Of a DNA stretch of 64,000 nt, positions 20,018 through 30,247 are shown piece after piece. The stretch lies in NCBI GenBank assembly GCA_964202905.1, contig CAXNJO010000002.1, forward strand, positions 416,001 to 480,000, given 5' to 3'. The translations under genes were made by a program, and so were the position numbers. The notes below the pieces were generated by a model. That model made no database searches, was not told the origin of the DNA, and saw nothing but the letters and a program-made list of their open reading frames with translations. This DNA comes from Polyangiales bacterium. GTDB lineage: Bacteria > Myxococcota_A > Polyangia > Polyangiales > JADJQN01. Position 1 is the first letter of the stretch. Each line of letters starts with the position of its first letter.

Positions 20018-21577
20018 ATGTCACAGCCCAGCCGTACCGTGGCGCTCGCCGCGCCGTGGACGCTCGACGACCTGTGGGACCTCGCGCACGGCACCGCCCG
20101 CCTCACCTTCCCCGACGGGGCGCGCGCCGCCGTCGCGGCCTCCCGCGCGTTCGTCGACCGCCTCGCCGCCTCGGGCGCGGACGCCCCCAACGTCTACGGC
20201 GTCAACACCGGCTTCGGTGCGCTCGCCGAGACGCGCATCGCCCCCGACGACGTGCGGTCATTGCAGCGCAACCTCATCCGCAGCCACGCGTGCGGCGTCG
20301 GACCCGACCTGCCGCGCCCCGCCGTCCGCGCGATGATCGCGCTCCGCGCGCAGGTCCTCGCGCTCGGGTACAGCGGCGTCCGCCCCGACATCGTCGAACT
20401 GCTCGTCGGGCTGCTCGATCACGACGTCTGCCCGCGCATCCCGGCGCAGGGTTCCGTCGGCGCGTCGGGCGATCTCGCGCCGCTCGCGCACCTCGCGCTC
20501 GTGCTGATCGGCGAAGGCGAAGCCGACGTCGGGGGCACGCGACTCTCCGGTGCGGATGCGCTGGCGAAGGCCGGACTCCGCCCCGTCGTGCTCGAGGCGA
20601 AGGAGGGCCTCGCGCTCATCAACGGCACGCAGCTCATGATCGCCGTCGGCGGCCTCGCGACGGTGCAGGCCGAGCGGCTCTGCACGATCGCGGACATCAC
20701 GGGCGCGATGTCGCTCGAGGCGCTGCAGGGCACGGGGCGCCCCTTCGATCCGCGCATCGAGCGCGTGCGGCCCCACCCCGGCCAGGCCGAGACCGCGGGC
20801 AATCTGCGCAAGCTGCTCGCGGGCAGCGAGATCGCCGAGTCGCACCGCGACTGCAAGAAGGTGCAGGACCCGTACTCGCTCCGCTGCATGCCGCAGGTGC
20901 ACGGCGCGACGCGTGACGCGCTGCGCTTCGTGCGGGCGACGCTCGAGCGCGAGCTCGTCGCCGCGACGGACAACCCGCTCATCTTCGTCGACGAGCACGG
21001 CGACGCCGAGGTGCTGAGCGGCGGCAACTTCCACGGCCAGCCGCTCGCGCTCGCGCTCGACCTCGCGGCCATCGCGACGAGCGAGCTCGCGAGCATCAGC
21101 GAACGCCGCCTCGAACAGCTCGTGAACCCCGCGATGAGCTCGGGGCTGCCGCCCTTCCTCGCGCCGCGCACCGGCCTCGACAGCGGCTTCATGATGGCGC
21201 AGGTCACCGCGAGCGCGCTCGTCAGCGAGAACAAGATCCTCTCGCACCCGGCGAGCGTCGACTCCATCCCCTCCTCCGCCGGCAAGGAGGATCACGTCTC
21301 GATGGGCAGCATCGGCGCGCGCAAGCTGCACGAGGTCGTGCGCCACGTGCGCGACGTGCTCGCGATCGAGGCGATGGTGAGCGCGCAGGGCCTCGACCTG
21401 CGCCTGCCGCTCGCGCCCGGCGTCGGCGTCCGCGCGGCCCACGCGGCGGTGCGCGCCCACGTGCCGACGCTCACCGAGGACCGCCCGCTCTACCTCGACA
21501 TGGCGGCGTGCGCGCGCCTCCTCGACGACGGCACGCTCGCGGCCGCGGCCGACGCGGCATGCGGCGGTCTCGCCTGA
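20018..21577 (+). CDS. hutH: Histidine ammonia-lyase
   Basis: [16 protein letters not shown] (SH specificity pair of HAL), MIO-forming [42 protein letters not shown]. Confidence 0.95.
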   Translation: MSQPSRTVALAAPWTLDDLWDLAHGTARLTFPDGARAAVAASRAFVDRLAASGADAPNVYGVNTGFGALAETRIAPDDVRSLQRNLIRSHACGVGPDLPRPAVRAMIALRAQVLALGYSGVRPDIVELLVGLLDHDVCPRIPAQGSVGASGDLAPLAHLALVLIGEGEADVGGTRLSGADALAKAGLRPVVLEAKEGLALINGTQLMIAVGGLATVQAERLCTIADITGAMSLEALQGTGRPFDPRIERVRPHPGQAETAGNLRKLLAGSEIAESHRDCKKVQDPYSLRCMPQVHGATRDALRFVRATLERELVAATDNPLIFVDEHGDAEVLSGGNFHGQPLALALDLAAIATSELASISERRLEQLVNPAMSSGLPPFLAPRTGLDSGFMMAQVTASALVSENKILSHPASVDSIPSSAGKEDHVSMGSIGARKLHEVVRHVRDVLAIEAMVSAQGLDLRLPLAPGVGVRAAHAAVRAHVPTLTEDRPLYLDMAACARLLDDGTLAAAADAACGGLA

Positions 21578-21587
21578 GCGCGCGACC

Positions 21588-21956
21588 ATGAGCGACGCGT
21601 TCGACGCGGCCGACGCGCTCGACTGCCTCGCGTGCGGCGCGTGCTGCCGCACCGGCCACGACGGCCGCATCCTCGTGCCCGCCGAGGACCTCGTCCGCTG
21701 GCGCGCGCTCGGCCGCGCGGACCTCGCGGCGCAGGTGCAGCCGGGACACTTCGGCGAGGTCGGCTTCGCGACGCGCGCGGACGGCGCGTGCGTGCACCTC
21801 GGCGTGCCGGGCGCGCAGAACGCCTGCGCGATCTACGCGATCCGGGGCACGACCTGCCGCGAGTTCGAGCGCGGCTCGTGGCAGTGCCACGAATTCCGCC
21901 GCGATCGCGCGCTGGTCCGGCCCGCGGGGCCCGCGGAAGGCGCTCCCGAGACATGA
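21588..21956 (+). CDS. YkgJ family (CxxCxxCC) cysteine-cluster protein
   Basis: CLACGACC...CVHL...CAIYAIRGTTCREF...C. Confidence 0.88.
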   Translation: MSDAFDAADALDCLACGACCRTGHDGRILVPAEDLVRWRALGRADLAAQVQPGHFGEVGFATRADGACVHLGVPGAQNACAIYAIRGTTCREFERGSWQCHEFRRDRALVRPAGPAEGAPET

Positions 21957-21984
21957 AGCTCGAGCCCTTGGAGGCGACGTTTTC

Positions 21985-22830
21985 ATGACTCGTTCGACCT
22001 TGCCTGCTCCGGAAGGCGGCGACCCCGCCGGGCCGCTGCCGGCCGGGACCGAGGACGAGGACGCCGACGCGGGCTTTCTCCTCGTGGTGCCGCCACGCGT
22101 GGAGCTCGCGCTGCTGCCCGGGTTGTTCGCGCTCTGCTGGGCGTTCGCGTCGACGACGTTCGGCGAGATCCTCTCCTTCCTCCCGCGGCTGCAGTTCCAC
22201 GAGCTCGGCCATGCCCTCGCGGCGTGGTGGACGGGCCGTCGTGCGCTGCCGCTCCCAATCGGGTTCACGGCGTGGAGCGAGGAGCGCTCGACGCTGCTCG
22301 TGGGGATGCAGGTGCTCTTCCTCGCGCTGCTCGCGCTCCACGGCGTGCGCGAGCGGAAGCCGCTGCCCGTCGCGATCGCCACCGCGCTCGGTGTGGCGCT
22401 CGGCATCGGCCTCACGACGCCGCTCGCCGTCTCGGAGGGGTGGGTCATCGCGGCCGGACAGGTCGGCGAGACGCTGCTGCCCGGCGTCTTCGTCGCGGCG
22501 TTCCACCTGCGACTGCCGCGCCGGATCCGCTGGGACTTCTGGCGCTGGCTCGTCGTGCTCGTCGCGCTCTTCGCGCTCGCCTCGGCGGTCCGCACGGGCT
22601 GGCAGATCGCGGCCGGTGAGCGCCCGCTGCCGTGGGGCGCGCTGCTCGGCAACGAGAGCGACGGCGACCTGAATCGGCTCGTCGCCGAGCATGGCTGGAC
22701 GGAACCGGGTCTGCGCCGGATGTTCGGCGTGCTGCCGGGCCTCGCGCTCGCCATCGCGTTCGGCGCGCACTTCGCCGTCGGCGGGCTGCGCGTCTGGCGC
22801 GAGCGCGCGCCGCAGCCCGACGACACTTGA
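21985..22830 (+). CDS. Integral membrane protein, M50-like zinc metallopeptidase
   Basis: HELGH between hydrophobic helices, later ESDGD; several TM segments; GGAGG upstream of the ATG. Confidence 0.65.
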   Translation: MTRSTLPAPEGGDPAGPLPAGTEDEDADAGFLLVVPPRVELALLPGLFALCWAFASTTFGEILSFLPRLQFHELGHALAAWWTGRRALPLPIGFTAWSEERSTLLVGMQVLFLALLALHGVRERKPLPVAIATALGVALGIGLTTPLAVSEGWVIAAGQVGETLLPGVFVAAFHLRLPRRIRWDFWRWLVVLVALFALASAVRTGWQIAAGERPLPWGALLGNESDGDLNRLVAEHGWTEPGLRRMFGVLPGLALAIAFGAHFAVGGLRVWRERAPQPDDT

Positions 22831-22871
22831 CGATTGAAGCGGCTTCGTGCTGGAATCCTGACCCTTTAGTC

Positions 22872-23915
22872 ATGCCCAAGACACGCCGCCCCTCCCCACC
22901 CGCAGCGCCCTCCAAGGCGGAGATCGCCGCCGCCGACATCGACGATCTGCCGGACTTTCGGGGCGTGACGATCGACCGCATGTACTCCTTCTTGCAGGTC
23001 CACGCGGCGGAGGGCTTCGCGAAGGCCGCCCGCCGAGACCCCATCCGGCAGAGCCAGCTCAGCCGACAGGTCCGCGAGCTCGAGCAGGCGCTCGACGCCG
23101 AGCTCTTCGGCCGCCGCGGCCGCGGCATCGAGACGACGCCCGCGGGCATCCTGCTCGCGGCGACCATCCGCGACTTCGTCAACGGGCTCGCGCGCGTGCG
23201 CACCGCGCAGCGTCTGCCCATCCACCTCGCGGCGGGCGGCAGCGTGCTGCGCTGGCTGTTGCTGCCTGCGCTGCCCATGCCGGTGCATCCGGGCGACGAC
23301 CCGTTTCCCCCGGTCAGGGCGGAGCCCGGCGACTCCGGCTCCATCCGCGAAGGGCTCGAGGACGGCAGCCTCGACCTCGGCGTCCTCCGCGCGGCGGAGG
23401 TGACGGCTCCGCTCGCCGGCACGCCCCTCGGCGACGTCGAGTACGCGTGGTTCTGCGCGCGGAGCCGCGTCCCGATCGCCCCCGAAGCCACCCCCGCCGC
23501 GCTCGGCGCCGCCGCGCCGCTCGTCGACATCTATGGCGAGCCGGAACTCAAGGCGATGTTCCGCGAGCTCGGAGCGCCCGTGATGCGCGTCGAGTCGTTC
23601 CGCGAGGCGGCCGAGCTCATCCGTGCGGGGCAGTGCGCCGGGCTGCTGCCGCTCTTCGCGGCGCAGGAGCTGACCGAGGCGGAGTTCCACATCATCCGTC
23701 CGAAGGCCTTCGCGAGGTACGCCTCGCGGCTCATGCTCGCGCATCGACGGCACCCGGCGGCGCCGGACCCCGAGCTCCTGCGTCTGCAGAACTACCTGCG
23801 CGACGCCCTCCGGGACGCCCTCGTCCGGGCCCGGGACGCAGGACGGTCCCCGACCGACGCGAGCGAGGGCGAACCCCGCCCGAAGTCACGCGGGAGCGCG
23901 CGCAAGGGGCGCTGA
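22872..23915 (+). CDS. LysR-type transcriptional regulator
   Basis: wHTH FAKAARRDPIRQSQLSRQVRELEQALDAELFGRRGRGIETTPAG; substrate domain with DGSLDLGV. Confidence 0.85.
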   Translation: MPKTRRPSPPAAPSKAEIAAADIDDLPDFRGVTIDRMYSFLQVHAAEGFAKAARRDPIRQSQLSRQVRELEQALDAELFGRRGRGIETTPAGILLAATIRDFVNGLARVRTAQRLPIHLAAGGSVLRWLLLPALPMPVHPGDDPFPPVRAEPGDSGSIREGLEDGSLDLGVLRAAEVTAPLAGTPLGDVEYAWFCARSRVPIAPEATPAALGAAAPLVDIYGEPELKAMFRELGAPVMRVESFREAAELIRAGQCAGLLPLFAAQELTEAEFHIIRPKAFARYASRLMLAHRRHPAAPDPELLRLQNYLRDALRDALVRARDAGRSPTDASEGEPRPKSRGSARKGR

Positions 23916-23990
23916 AGCGGGCGGCGCGATGTGCAGGCGCCTCGCGGACCGGCGTTGCGGCGCCGCTCGGAGGCGAGGCACCCTCGCGCC

Positions 23991-24482
23991 ATGCAACCCA
24001 CGCTCGACGATCTGCGCGCGCTGCTCGAGGACGCCACCGCCGACCTGCCCGACGTGACCGTCCGCAAGGCGTTCGGCAGTTTCGGCTTCTACGCACGCGG
24101 GGTCGTGTTCGCACTCGCCTGGCGCGGTGCGCTGCGCGTCGGCGTGAAGCTGCCGGACGACGCGTCGCGCGCGGCCCTGCTCGTGGAGCCGGACACCGCA
24201 CCGTGGGCCCCGCGCGGCAAGGCGCTCGCGGGCTGGGTACTCGGCCCCGCGCGCTGGCATGACGAGCCCGACGCCCTGCGCGCGTGGGTGCGCCGTGCGT
24301 GGGAGCAGGCGACGAGCGCGCCCGTCGAGGACGCGCTCCCGTCGATGCGCGAGCGGCTGCGCGAGGTGGCGTCGGCGCGCGCGACGTCGACGAAGAAGGC
24401 CACGAAGACCGCCAGGGACACGGGATCGACGAAGCCCCCGACGCCGCCGAAGTCATCCGCGAAACGCGCTCCCCGCCGCTGA
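23991..24482 (+). CDS. TfoX/Sxy N-terminal domain protein with basic tail
   Basis: VRKAFGSFGFYARGVVFAL...VKL...LRAWVRRA; Lys/Thr-rich C-terminus. Confidence 0.8.
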   Translation: MQPTLDDLRALLEDATADLPDVTVRKAFGSFGFYARGVVFALAWRGALRVGVKLPDDASRAALLVEPDTAPWAPRGKALAGWVLGPARWHDEPDALRAWVRRAWEQATSAPVEDALPSMRERLREVASARATSTKKATKTARDTGSTKPPTPPKSSAKRAPRR

Positions 24483-24510
24483 GCCTGCGCCCTGCGCCAA
24501 CGCGGCGGGC

Positions 24511-25866
24511 TCAGCGCGTGATGCGCGCCGCGGCGCGGCCCTGTGCGGCGGCCAGCGCCTCGGCACGGCGGAGCAGAAGTTGCGCGCGGCGCTCCCCCGC
24601 GAGACGCAGTGACTCGGCCTTCCGTGCGAGCGCGGCGTCGCGCTGCGCCGCACGACGCGCCGCGTCCGCACGGCGACGCTCGTCCGCTTCGACGCGGCGG
24701 AGCTGGTCGCGAAGGCGCGCAGCGCGACGACGCTCGGCCTCCGCCCAACGCGCCTCCTCGCCATCACCCGTCGCGTCCCGTCGCGTCGCGCTCGCGCGCA
24801 GCCCTTCGTCGCGACGCAGCGCGCCTTCGGAGGCGCGCAGCGCGGCGAGGGTGCGCCGCTCGTCGGCGGAGAGCCGCGCAGCGCGCGCCCGCTCGCGCTC
24901 GGCCTGTCGACGCAGCTCCCGCGCGAGGGCGTCCGCACGCGCTCGTTCGCGCGCCGTCTGCTGCTGCGCTTCCAGCTCGAACGCGCGCTCCGCGAGCCGC
25001 GCCTCGGCCTGCGCGCGGCGCTGCGCGGCCGCACGGAGCGCGTCGGCCGCACGCGCGGCCTCGACGGCCTCCGGGCTCGGCGTGCCCTCGTACCAGGGGC
25101 GCAGCGGCGGCCGATCGAGACAGGCCGGACGGTCACCGACCGCGCAGTAGATGCGGACGTGGAAGTGGTCGTCGTGCGCCTCGCTGCCCCGGATGGGCTC
25201 GGTCACGAGCGCCACGCGGCGCCGCACCTCCTCGGGCGCGCCGCTCTGCGCGCCGTACGCGAGCAGCCGCGCGCGCAGATGCGAGGCGACGAGGATGTGC
25301 TGCACCTCGGCCGCGAGGTCGTCGACCAGCGCGACGAAGAGCGCCCAGTTGCGCGCGTCGTCGAAGCGCAGCGTCTCGTCACCCCGTCGCGCCTCGCCCC
25401 GCGCGTCGAACGTCGTCAGCACGGCCTGCGACACGGGCTCGCCCGCGGTGTCGAGCGCGAAGTAGCCCACGTCGGCGTCGCGCCCCGACTGATGCGAGCC
25501 GTGCGGCGGGAGCAGCCCGCCGTGCTCGGCCGAGAGCTCGCCGACCGCGAGCACCGAGCCCGGCGCATCGCGGCCCATCGCGTCCGCCGCGCGCTCGAGC
25601 AGCCCCACGAGCTCGCGCGTCCCGAAACGGTTCGTCCGCAGCGCCACGAGCCCGTCGCGCGACTCGAGCGCGAAGGCGTGCTCCAGCCGTCCGGCCTCGG
25701 TGTGCCCGATCGACTGGCTGTCCGCCTCGAGCTCCGCGCCCGGCACCGGAGGATCCTGTGCACCGGCGCTCGAACCATCTCCCAGGATGGCGAACGCACA
25801 CACCCACGCGAGCATGCCGGCGCAGCCTCGGGTGCGTCGCGTCGTTCCGGCGTGCGCGGCGAGCAT
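24511..25866 (-). CDS. Penicillin-insensitive murein endopeptidase (MepA-like, M74) with C-terminal coiled coil
   Basis: SQSIG...GRL, FGTRELV, VGELS..GG, HGSHQSGRDAD, HDDHFHVRIYC; about 180-aa Arg/Glu/Ala helical tail. Start at 25866 or 25815. Confidence 0.88.
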   Translation of the reverse strand: MLAAHAGTTRRTRGCAGMLAWVCAFAILGDGSSAGAQDPPVPGAELEADSQSIGHTEAGRLEHAFALESRDGLVALRTNRFGTRELVGLLERAADAMGRDAPGSVLAVGELSAEHGGLLPPHGSHQSGRDADVGYFALDTAGEPVSQAVLTTFDARGEARRGDETLRFDDARNWALFVALVDDLAAEVQHILVASHLRARLLAYGAQSGAPEEVRRRVALVTEPIRGSEAHDDHFHVRIYCAVGDRPACLDRPPLRPWYEGTPSPEAVEAARAADALRAAAQRRAQAEARLAERAFELEAQQQTARERARADALARELRRQAERERARAARLSADERRTLAALRASEGALRRDEGLRASATRRDATGDGEEARWAEAERRRAARLRDQLRRVEADERRRADAARRAAQRDAALARKAESLRLAGERRAQLLLRRAEALAAAQGRAAARITR

Positions 25867-25908
25867 CACGGGTCCGCAGCGTAGCGCGCCGCTGTGTATG
25901 CTCCCGCG

Positions 25909-26946
25909 ATGCGTCACACATCGCGAAACGACGAAGCGCGCGGGCCGCGACGCAGGCCGCGCCGGGTCGTGCGTGCGTGCGCCGCATGGCCCGGAGCGCG
26001 CGCCCTCGCCGCCTCGCTCTCGGTCACCGCAGCCCTCGCGTGCGACGACACGCCGCGCGCCGCCGTCGCGCCCGACGCCGCGCTCCCGGACGCCGCGCGA
26101 CCCGACGCGGGCGCGCGTCTCGATCCCTCGCAGTTCGACTGCACGGCCGCGACACCGCCATCCCGCGTGAGCCCGGTCGCGCTCGACTGCCCCGTCGATT
26201 CCGGCTGCACCGCCCGCATGATGAGCGCGCACCGCGGGGCCGGCTCGCCGGGCGTCCTCGCGCCGGAGAACAGCCTCGCGGCCACGCGCGCCGCCATCGC
26301 GCTCGGCGCGGATCTCGTCGAGATGGACGTGCGCTTCACGGCCGACGACGTCGCGGTGCTCCTGCACGACGCGGACGTCGATCGCACGACGGACGGCACG
26401 GGGCCCGTCGCCGCGCTCACGCTCGGCGCGCTGCAGGCGCTCCGCCTCGACGCCGCGGACTTTCGGGGCGATTTCAAATGCGAGCGCGTGCCGACGCTCG
26501 CCGAGGAGCTCGCGCTCACCGCCGGGCGCATCGTCGCCATCCTCGACATGACCAAGACCGATCGGCTCGAGGAGGTCGTCGACGTCGTCGTCGCGGCGGG
26601 CGCGCTCGATCGCGTCGTGTTCGACCACGACGACCTCGCGGCCCTCGACCGCATCGTCGCGCATGCCCCCGACGCACACGTGCTGCTGCGCGCCACCACG
26701 ACGGAGTCGCTGACGGCGGGCCTCGACCACCTCGCTTCCCACCCGCCCGTGTACGTGCACGTCGAGTCCGCCGATCCCGCGCGGCTCGCCCCTTCCGCGC
26801 GCGGCCTGCGCCTCTTCGCGCTCGGCTTCGCGCAGGATCTCGGCGCGCGTCGCAGCGGGGCCGCTTACGAGGCGCTCTATGCGTCGGGCGCGACGCTGAT
26901 CCAGACGAACCGCCCCGATCTGCTCGGCGCCTTCCTCGGCCGCTGA
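25909..26946 (+). CDS. Glycerophosphodiester phosphodiesterase, putative lipoprotein
   Basis: AHRGA, PENSL, VEMDVRFTADD..VLLHD..VDRTTDG, IQTNRP; lipobox ALAC. ATG 25909 follows TATGCT. Confidence 0.9.
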   Translation: MRHTSRNDEARGPRRRPRRVVRACAAWPGARALAASLSVTAALACDDTPRAAVAPDAALPDAARPDAGARLDPSQFDCTAATPPSRVSPVALDCPVDSGCTARMMSAHRGAGSPGVLAPENSLAATRAAIALGADLVEMDVRFTADDVAVLLHDADVDRTTDGTGPVAALTLGALQALRLDAADFRGDFKCERVPTLAEELALTAGRIVAILDMTKTDRLEEVVDVVVAAGALDRVVFDHDDLAALDRIVAHAPDAHVLLRATTTESLTAGLDHLASHPPVYVHVESADPARLAPSARGLRLFALGFAQDLGARRSGAAYEALYASGATLIQTNRPDLLGAFLGR

Positions 26947-27009
26947 GCGCACCGCGGCATCGGCGGCGCGCACCTTGACGCGCGGCCCGTCCACGATGTA
27001 ACGCCCCGC

Positions 27010-28911
27010 ATGTCCGTCGACCCCCGCGCGCTCGCGGCGACCCTGCGCCACGGGGGAGCCGGCCTCGACGAGTCCGACGCGACCCTCTGGAGCGAGACGA
27101 TCCACGCGCCACCGGCCGCGGTCGACGGCGCCGCGCTCCCGCGGATCGTGATCGATCGGGCCGATGCGAACGCCGTCACGCGCGAGTCGACCCACGGGGC
27201 CGATCTCGCCCTGCGCGCGGTGCTCGGTCGCGGTGGAATGGGCGAGGTGTGGCTCGCCGAGCAGCGCTCCCTCGCCCGCAGCGTCGCGGTGAAGCTGCCG
27301 CTCGGCGCCGGAGATCGGCACGCCCACGCGCTCCTCGCGGAGGCGCGCGTCACGGGCAACCTCGATCACCCGAACATCGTGCCCGTCCACGCGCTCGGTC
27401 TCGCAGACGACGGGCGCCCCGTCCTCGTGATGAAGCGCGTCGTCGGGGCCACGCTGCAGGCGCTCGCCGCCGACGCTGCGCACCCCGCCTGGCCGGAGCT
27501 GCTCGCACGCCACGGCGATCGCGAGACGGCCCTCGTCGAGACGCTCGCGCGGGCCGCGGACGCGCTCGCCTTCGCCCACGCGCGCGGCATCGTGCACCGC
27601 GATCTCAAGCCGGAGAACGTCATGGTCGGCGCGTTCGGCGAGGTCTACGTGATGGACTGGGGCTGCGCGGTCGCGATGGACGCGCGCCGCGCCGCGCCGC
27701 ACGCGCTCGCGGGCACGCCCGCCTTCATGGCGCCCGAGATGATCGACGCGACGCGCGGGCCGCTCGACGCGCGCACCGACGTCTACCTCCTCGGCGCCAC
27801 GCTCCACGGTGCGCTCACGGGGAAGCCGCGCCACGAGGGCGTGACGTTGGCAGACGTCTTCGCGGAGGCGCTCGCGTCGCGCCCCGTGCACTACGGCGAC
27901 GACGTCTCCGCGGGCCTCGCGGCCGTGTGCAACCGCGCCACGCACGCCGTTCCAACGGCGCGCTTCGCGTCAGCCACGGAGTTCCGCGCGGCGCTCGGTC
28001 ACGCGCTGCGCCTCCGCGCGATGACGGCCCTGCTCGACCGCATCGCCGCGCGCGCCGGGCTCGCGGACGACGTGGTGCCCGTCGCCGATGCGGCACGCCT
28101 CGAGACGCTCGAGGAGGCGCGACACGCGCTCGCGCCGCTCGTCGCCGAGTGGCCCGATCAGCCGCAGCCGCGGGCGCTGCTCGACCGCGTTCTGCGCGCG
28201 CTGGTGCGCGTCGCCCTCGCGCAGCGATTGCTTCCGATCGCCGAGGAGGCGCTCGCGGCCTCGTCGTCGCCCGACCCGCGTCTCGTCGCGGAGCTCGCGC
28301 GACTCCGCGACGCGCACGAACGCGCACGGCAGCTCGCGGCGCTCGGTGAAGAGACGCTGAAGGGGCGCGACGTGCGCCCCGGCTTCCGCGGCATCCTGGG
28401 GCTCGTCGCGTTCATGGCGCTCAACGCCGTGCTCCTCGTCGTCAGCATCTCGGGCGGCGAGGAGCCGACGATGCGCGAGGTGCTGCTCTCGGACCTCGTC
28501 GCGCTCGCCGTGATGGGCGCGGCCACGTTCGCGTTCCGTCGCTCGCTGCTCGCCAACGCGCGCAGCCGCAAGGTCACGTCCGCGATCTGGCTCACCGTGC
28601 TGGGCATGACCGTCTGCGACGGCCTGTGTGCCTTCGTCGGGCTTTCCGCGCGACAGGCGGCGCCCTTCTCGCTGCTCTCCGGGGCGACGGCCTTCGCGGC
28701 GCTCACGGTCCTGCTCGCCATGCCCGCGCGCGCGCGCCTCGCGACGGGCTCGTGCGGCGCGCTGCTCTGTGCGGAGGCGTTCTGGAGCGCGGCGCACCCG
28801 GGGCTGGCGACGCACCTGATCTCGCTGTCCGTCGCGCAGACCGCGCTGACCGCCGGCTACCTCGTCTACGACATGGCCCGCGAGGGTCGCGACGCCGCGC
28901 CCCGGACGTGA
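27010..28911 (+). CDS. Ser/Thr protein kinase with multi-TM C-terminal domain
   Basis: LGRGGMGEV, VAVK, HRDLKPEN, DWG, GTPAFMAPE; roughly six hydrophobic helices at the C-terminus. Confidence 0.92.
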   Translation: MSVDPRALAATLRHGGAGLDESDATLWSETIHAPPAAVDGAALPRIVIDRADANAVTRESTHGADLALRAVLGRGGMGEVWLAEQRSLARSVAVKLPLGAGDRHAHALLAEARVTGNLDHPNIVPVHALGLADDGRPVLVMKRVVGATLQALAADAAHPAWPELLARHGDRETALVETLARAADALAFAHARGIVHRDLKPENVMVGAFGEVYVMDWGCAVAMDARRAAPHALAGTPAFMAPEMIDATRGPLDARTDVYLLGATLHGALTGKPRHEGVTLADVFAEALASRPVHYGDDVSAGLAAVCNRATHAVPTARFASATEFRAALGHALRLRAMTALLDRIAARAGLADDVVPVADAARLETLEEARHALAPLVAEWPDQPQPRALLDRVLRALVRVALAQRLLPIAEEALAASSSPDPRLVAELARLRDAHERARQLAALGEETLKGRDVRPGFRGILGLVAFMALNAVLLVVSISGGEEPTMREVLLSDLVALAVMGAATFAFRRSLLANARSRKVTSAIWLTVLGMTVCDGLCAFVGLSARQAAPFSLLSGATAFAALTVLLAMPARARLATGSCGALLCAEAFWSAAHPGLATHLISLSVAQTALTAGYLVYDMAREGRDAAPRT

Positions 28912-28978
28912 CACGGGTCCGGGCGCGCCGCGACGCGGCACCGCACGACCCCGTGAAGCGCGCCGGAGCGCGCGAAGT

Positions 28979-29971
28979 TCAGGGCAGCGCGATCCGCGTC
29001 ACGCCGCCCGGGAACGTGAAGTAGATGCTGGAGCCCGACCCGGTGATGACGAGCGGGCAGCCGAGCGCCGGATCGAAGGCGACCGGCTCGGCCGTGCCGC
29101 CCGCGATCGGCAGGCGGACGATCCCGCAGGTACCATCCTCGAGGATGGGGGTGCGCACGTAGACGTGTTCCCCGTGGAGCACGAGCGACGAACTGTAGCC
29201 GATCTCCTCCGTCGTCGCGGCGCCGAGCATGACGGGTGCCCCGCCCGCGAGCGGCGCCTTCATGACCTTCGGCGGGAAGTCGCCCTCGGTGAACCAGAAG
29301 ACTCCGTCATCGCTGACGGCGAGGCCGAGGCCGGGCACGTTCTGCTCGACCGCGACCGTGCGGACATCCGTGCCGTCGACGTTCGCGGAGCGCACGCGAT
29401 TGTCGCCGGAGGCGTTCCAGTAGACGCGGCCGCCGCGCAGCACGAGGGCCGCCGGATAGGCGTCCCCCTCGGCGATGCTCTCCGGCGTGCCGCCCGCGCG
29501 GGGCACGCGACGCACCGCGCCGGGCGACGCGCTCACCGTGTAGTAGACGTGCGTCGCGTCGACGACGAGCCCCGGGCCCACCGTCCTGTCGACGGTCACG
29601 AGCGCCACGGGCGCCGCGCTGCCATCCCCGGGCAGGCGCAGGACCTGCGCCGCCGTCGCGACGAAGACGTCGTCACCATCGACCGCGATGGCACCGGGAA
29701 GTTCGAGCCCCGCACCGCGATCACCGCCGGCGCGCCGCCGCCGAGCGTGGATGCGCACGACGCGGCCGTTCGGCGCTTCGGCCGAGATCGCGAACACGGC
29801 GTCATCGCCCACGGTGATCGCCCACGGCGCGATGTCGAGCCGCGTCCCATCGAGGATCAACTCCGCGTCGACGCCGCCCGGCGCGACGGGATCCCCGGCG
29901 CTGCATCCCGCAACCCCGATCATCCCCGCCAGCCCGAAGAACCCCGCCCACGTCTTCGCCCCGTGTCGCAT
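28979..29971 (-). CDS. Lipoprotein with beta-propeller-like repeats
   Basis: MRHGAKTWAGFFGLAGMIGVAG-C lipobox; repeats of AIAVDGDDVF / LVVDATHVYY / LAVSDDGVFW; GGAGG RBS. A short compensated frameshift at about 29710-29755 (alternate frame LGGGAPAVIA). Confidence 0.78.
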   Translation of the reverse strand: MRHGAKTWAGFFGLAGMIGVAGCSAGDPVAPGGVDAELILDGTRLDIAPWAITVGDDAVFAISAEAPNGRVVRIHARRRRAGGDRGAGLELPGAIAVDGDDVFVATAAQVLRLPGDGSAAPVALVTVDRTVGPGLVVDATHVYYTVSASPGAVRRVPRAGGTPESIAEGDAYPAALVLRGGRVYWNASGDNRVRSANVDGTDVRTVAVEQNVPGLGLAVSDDGVFWFTEGDFPPKVMKAPLAGGAPVMLGAATTEEIGYSSSLVLHGEHVYVRTPILEDGTCGIVRLPIAGGTAEPVAFDPALGCPLVITGSGSSIYFTFPGGVTRIALP

Positions 29972-30045
29972 CGCTCGCCTCCCGTCCCGCATCGAACCAA
30001 GCGCTCGCGCGCCTCGAGGGCGCAGCACGGTGGTCGCCTTGACGC

Positions 30046-30061
30046 AGCAACGACGTTGCCA
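30046..30061 (-). promoter_or_regulatory. Putative sigma-54 promoter (-24/-12) for the beta-propeller lipoprotein
   Basis: Minus strand reads TGGCAACGTCGTTGCT: GG-N10-GC with TGGCA and TTGCT, 75 nt upstream of ATG 29971. Confidence 0.65.
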
Positions 30062-30247
30062 CGACTCGCGGGCGTTCAACAAGGCACACCCGCCCGCATG
30101 TCCCGGCATGTCCAGCGTGCGAGCGTCCCGCGCGCACCCGCACGCCGTGCAGCGCCACCCGCAGACCGTGCCGGACCGCGCCGTCGAGGAAGCCCCCGAC
30201 GCCGTCGGTCTCGACGCTGTTCTCGCTCTGCTGCACGCTCGGCCGCG

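Noticed and set aside
20018..21577. Phe/Tyr ammonia-lyase or aminomutase of a biosynthetic cluster
   Set aside because: The SH specificity pair indicates HAL, and no NRPS/PKS genes are nearby.
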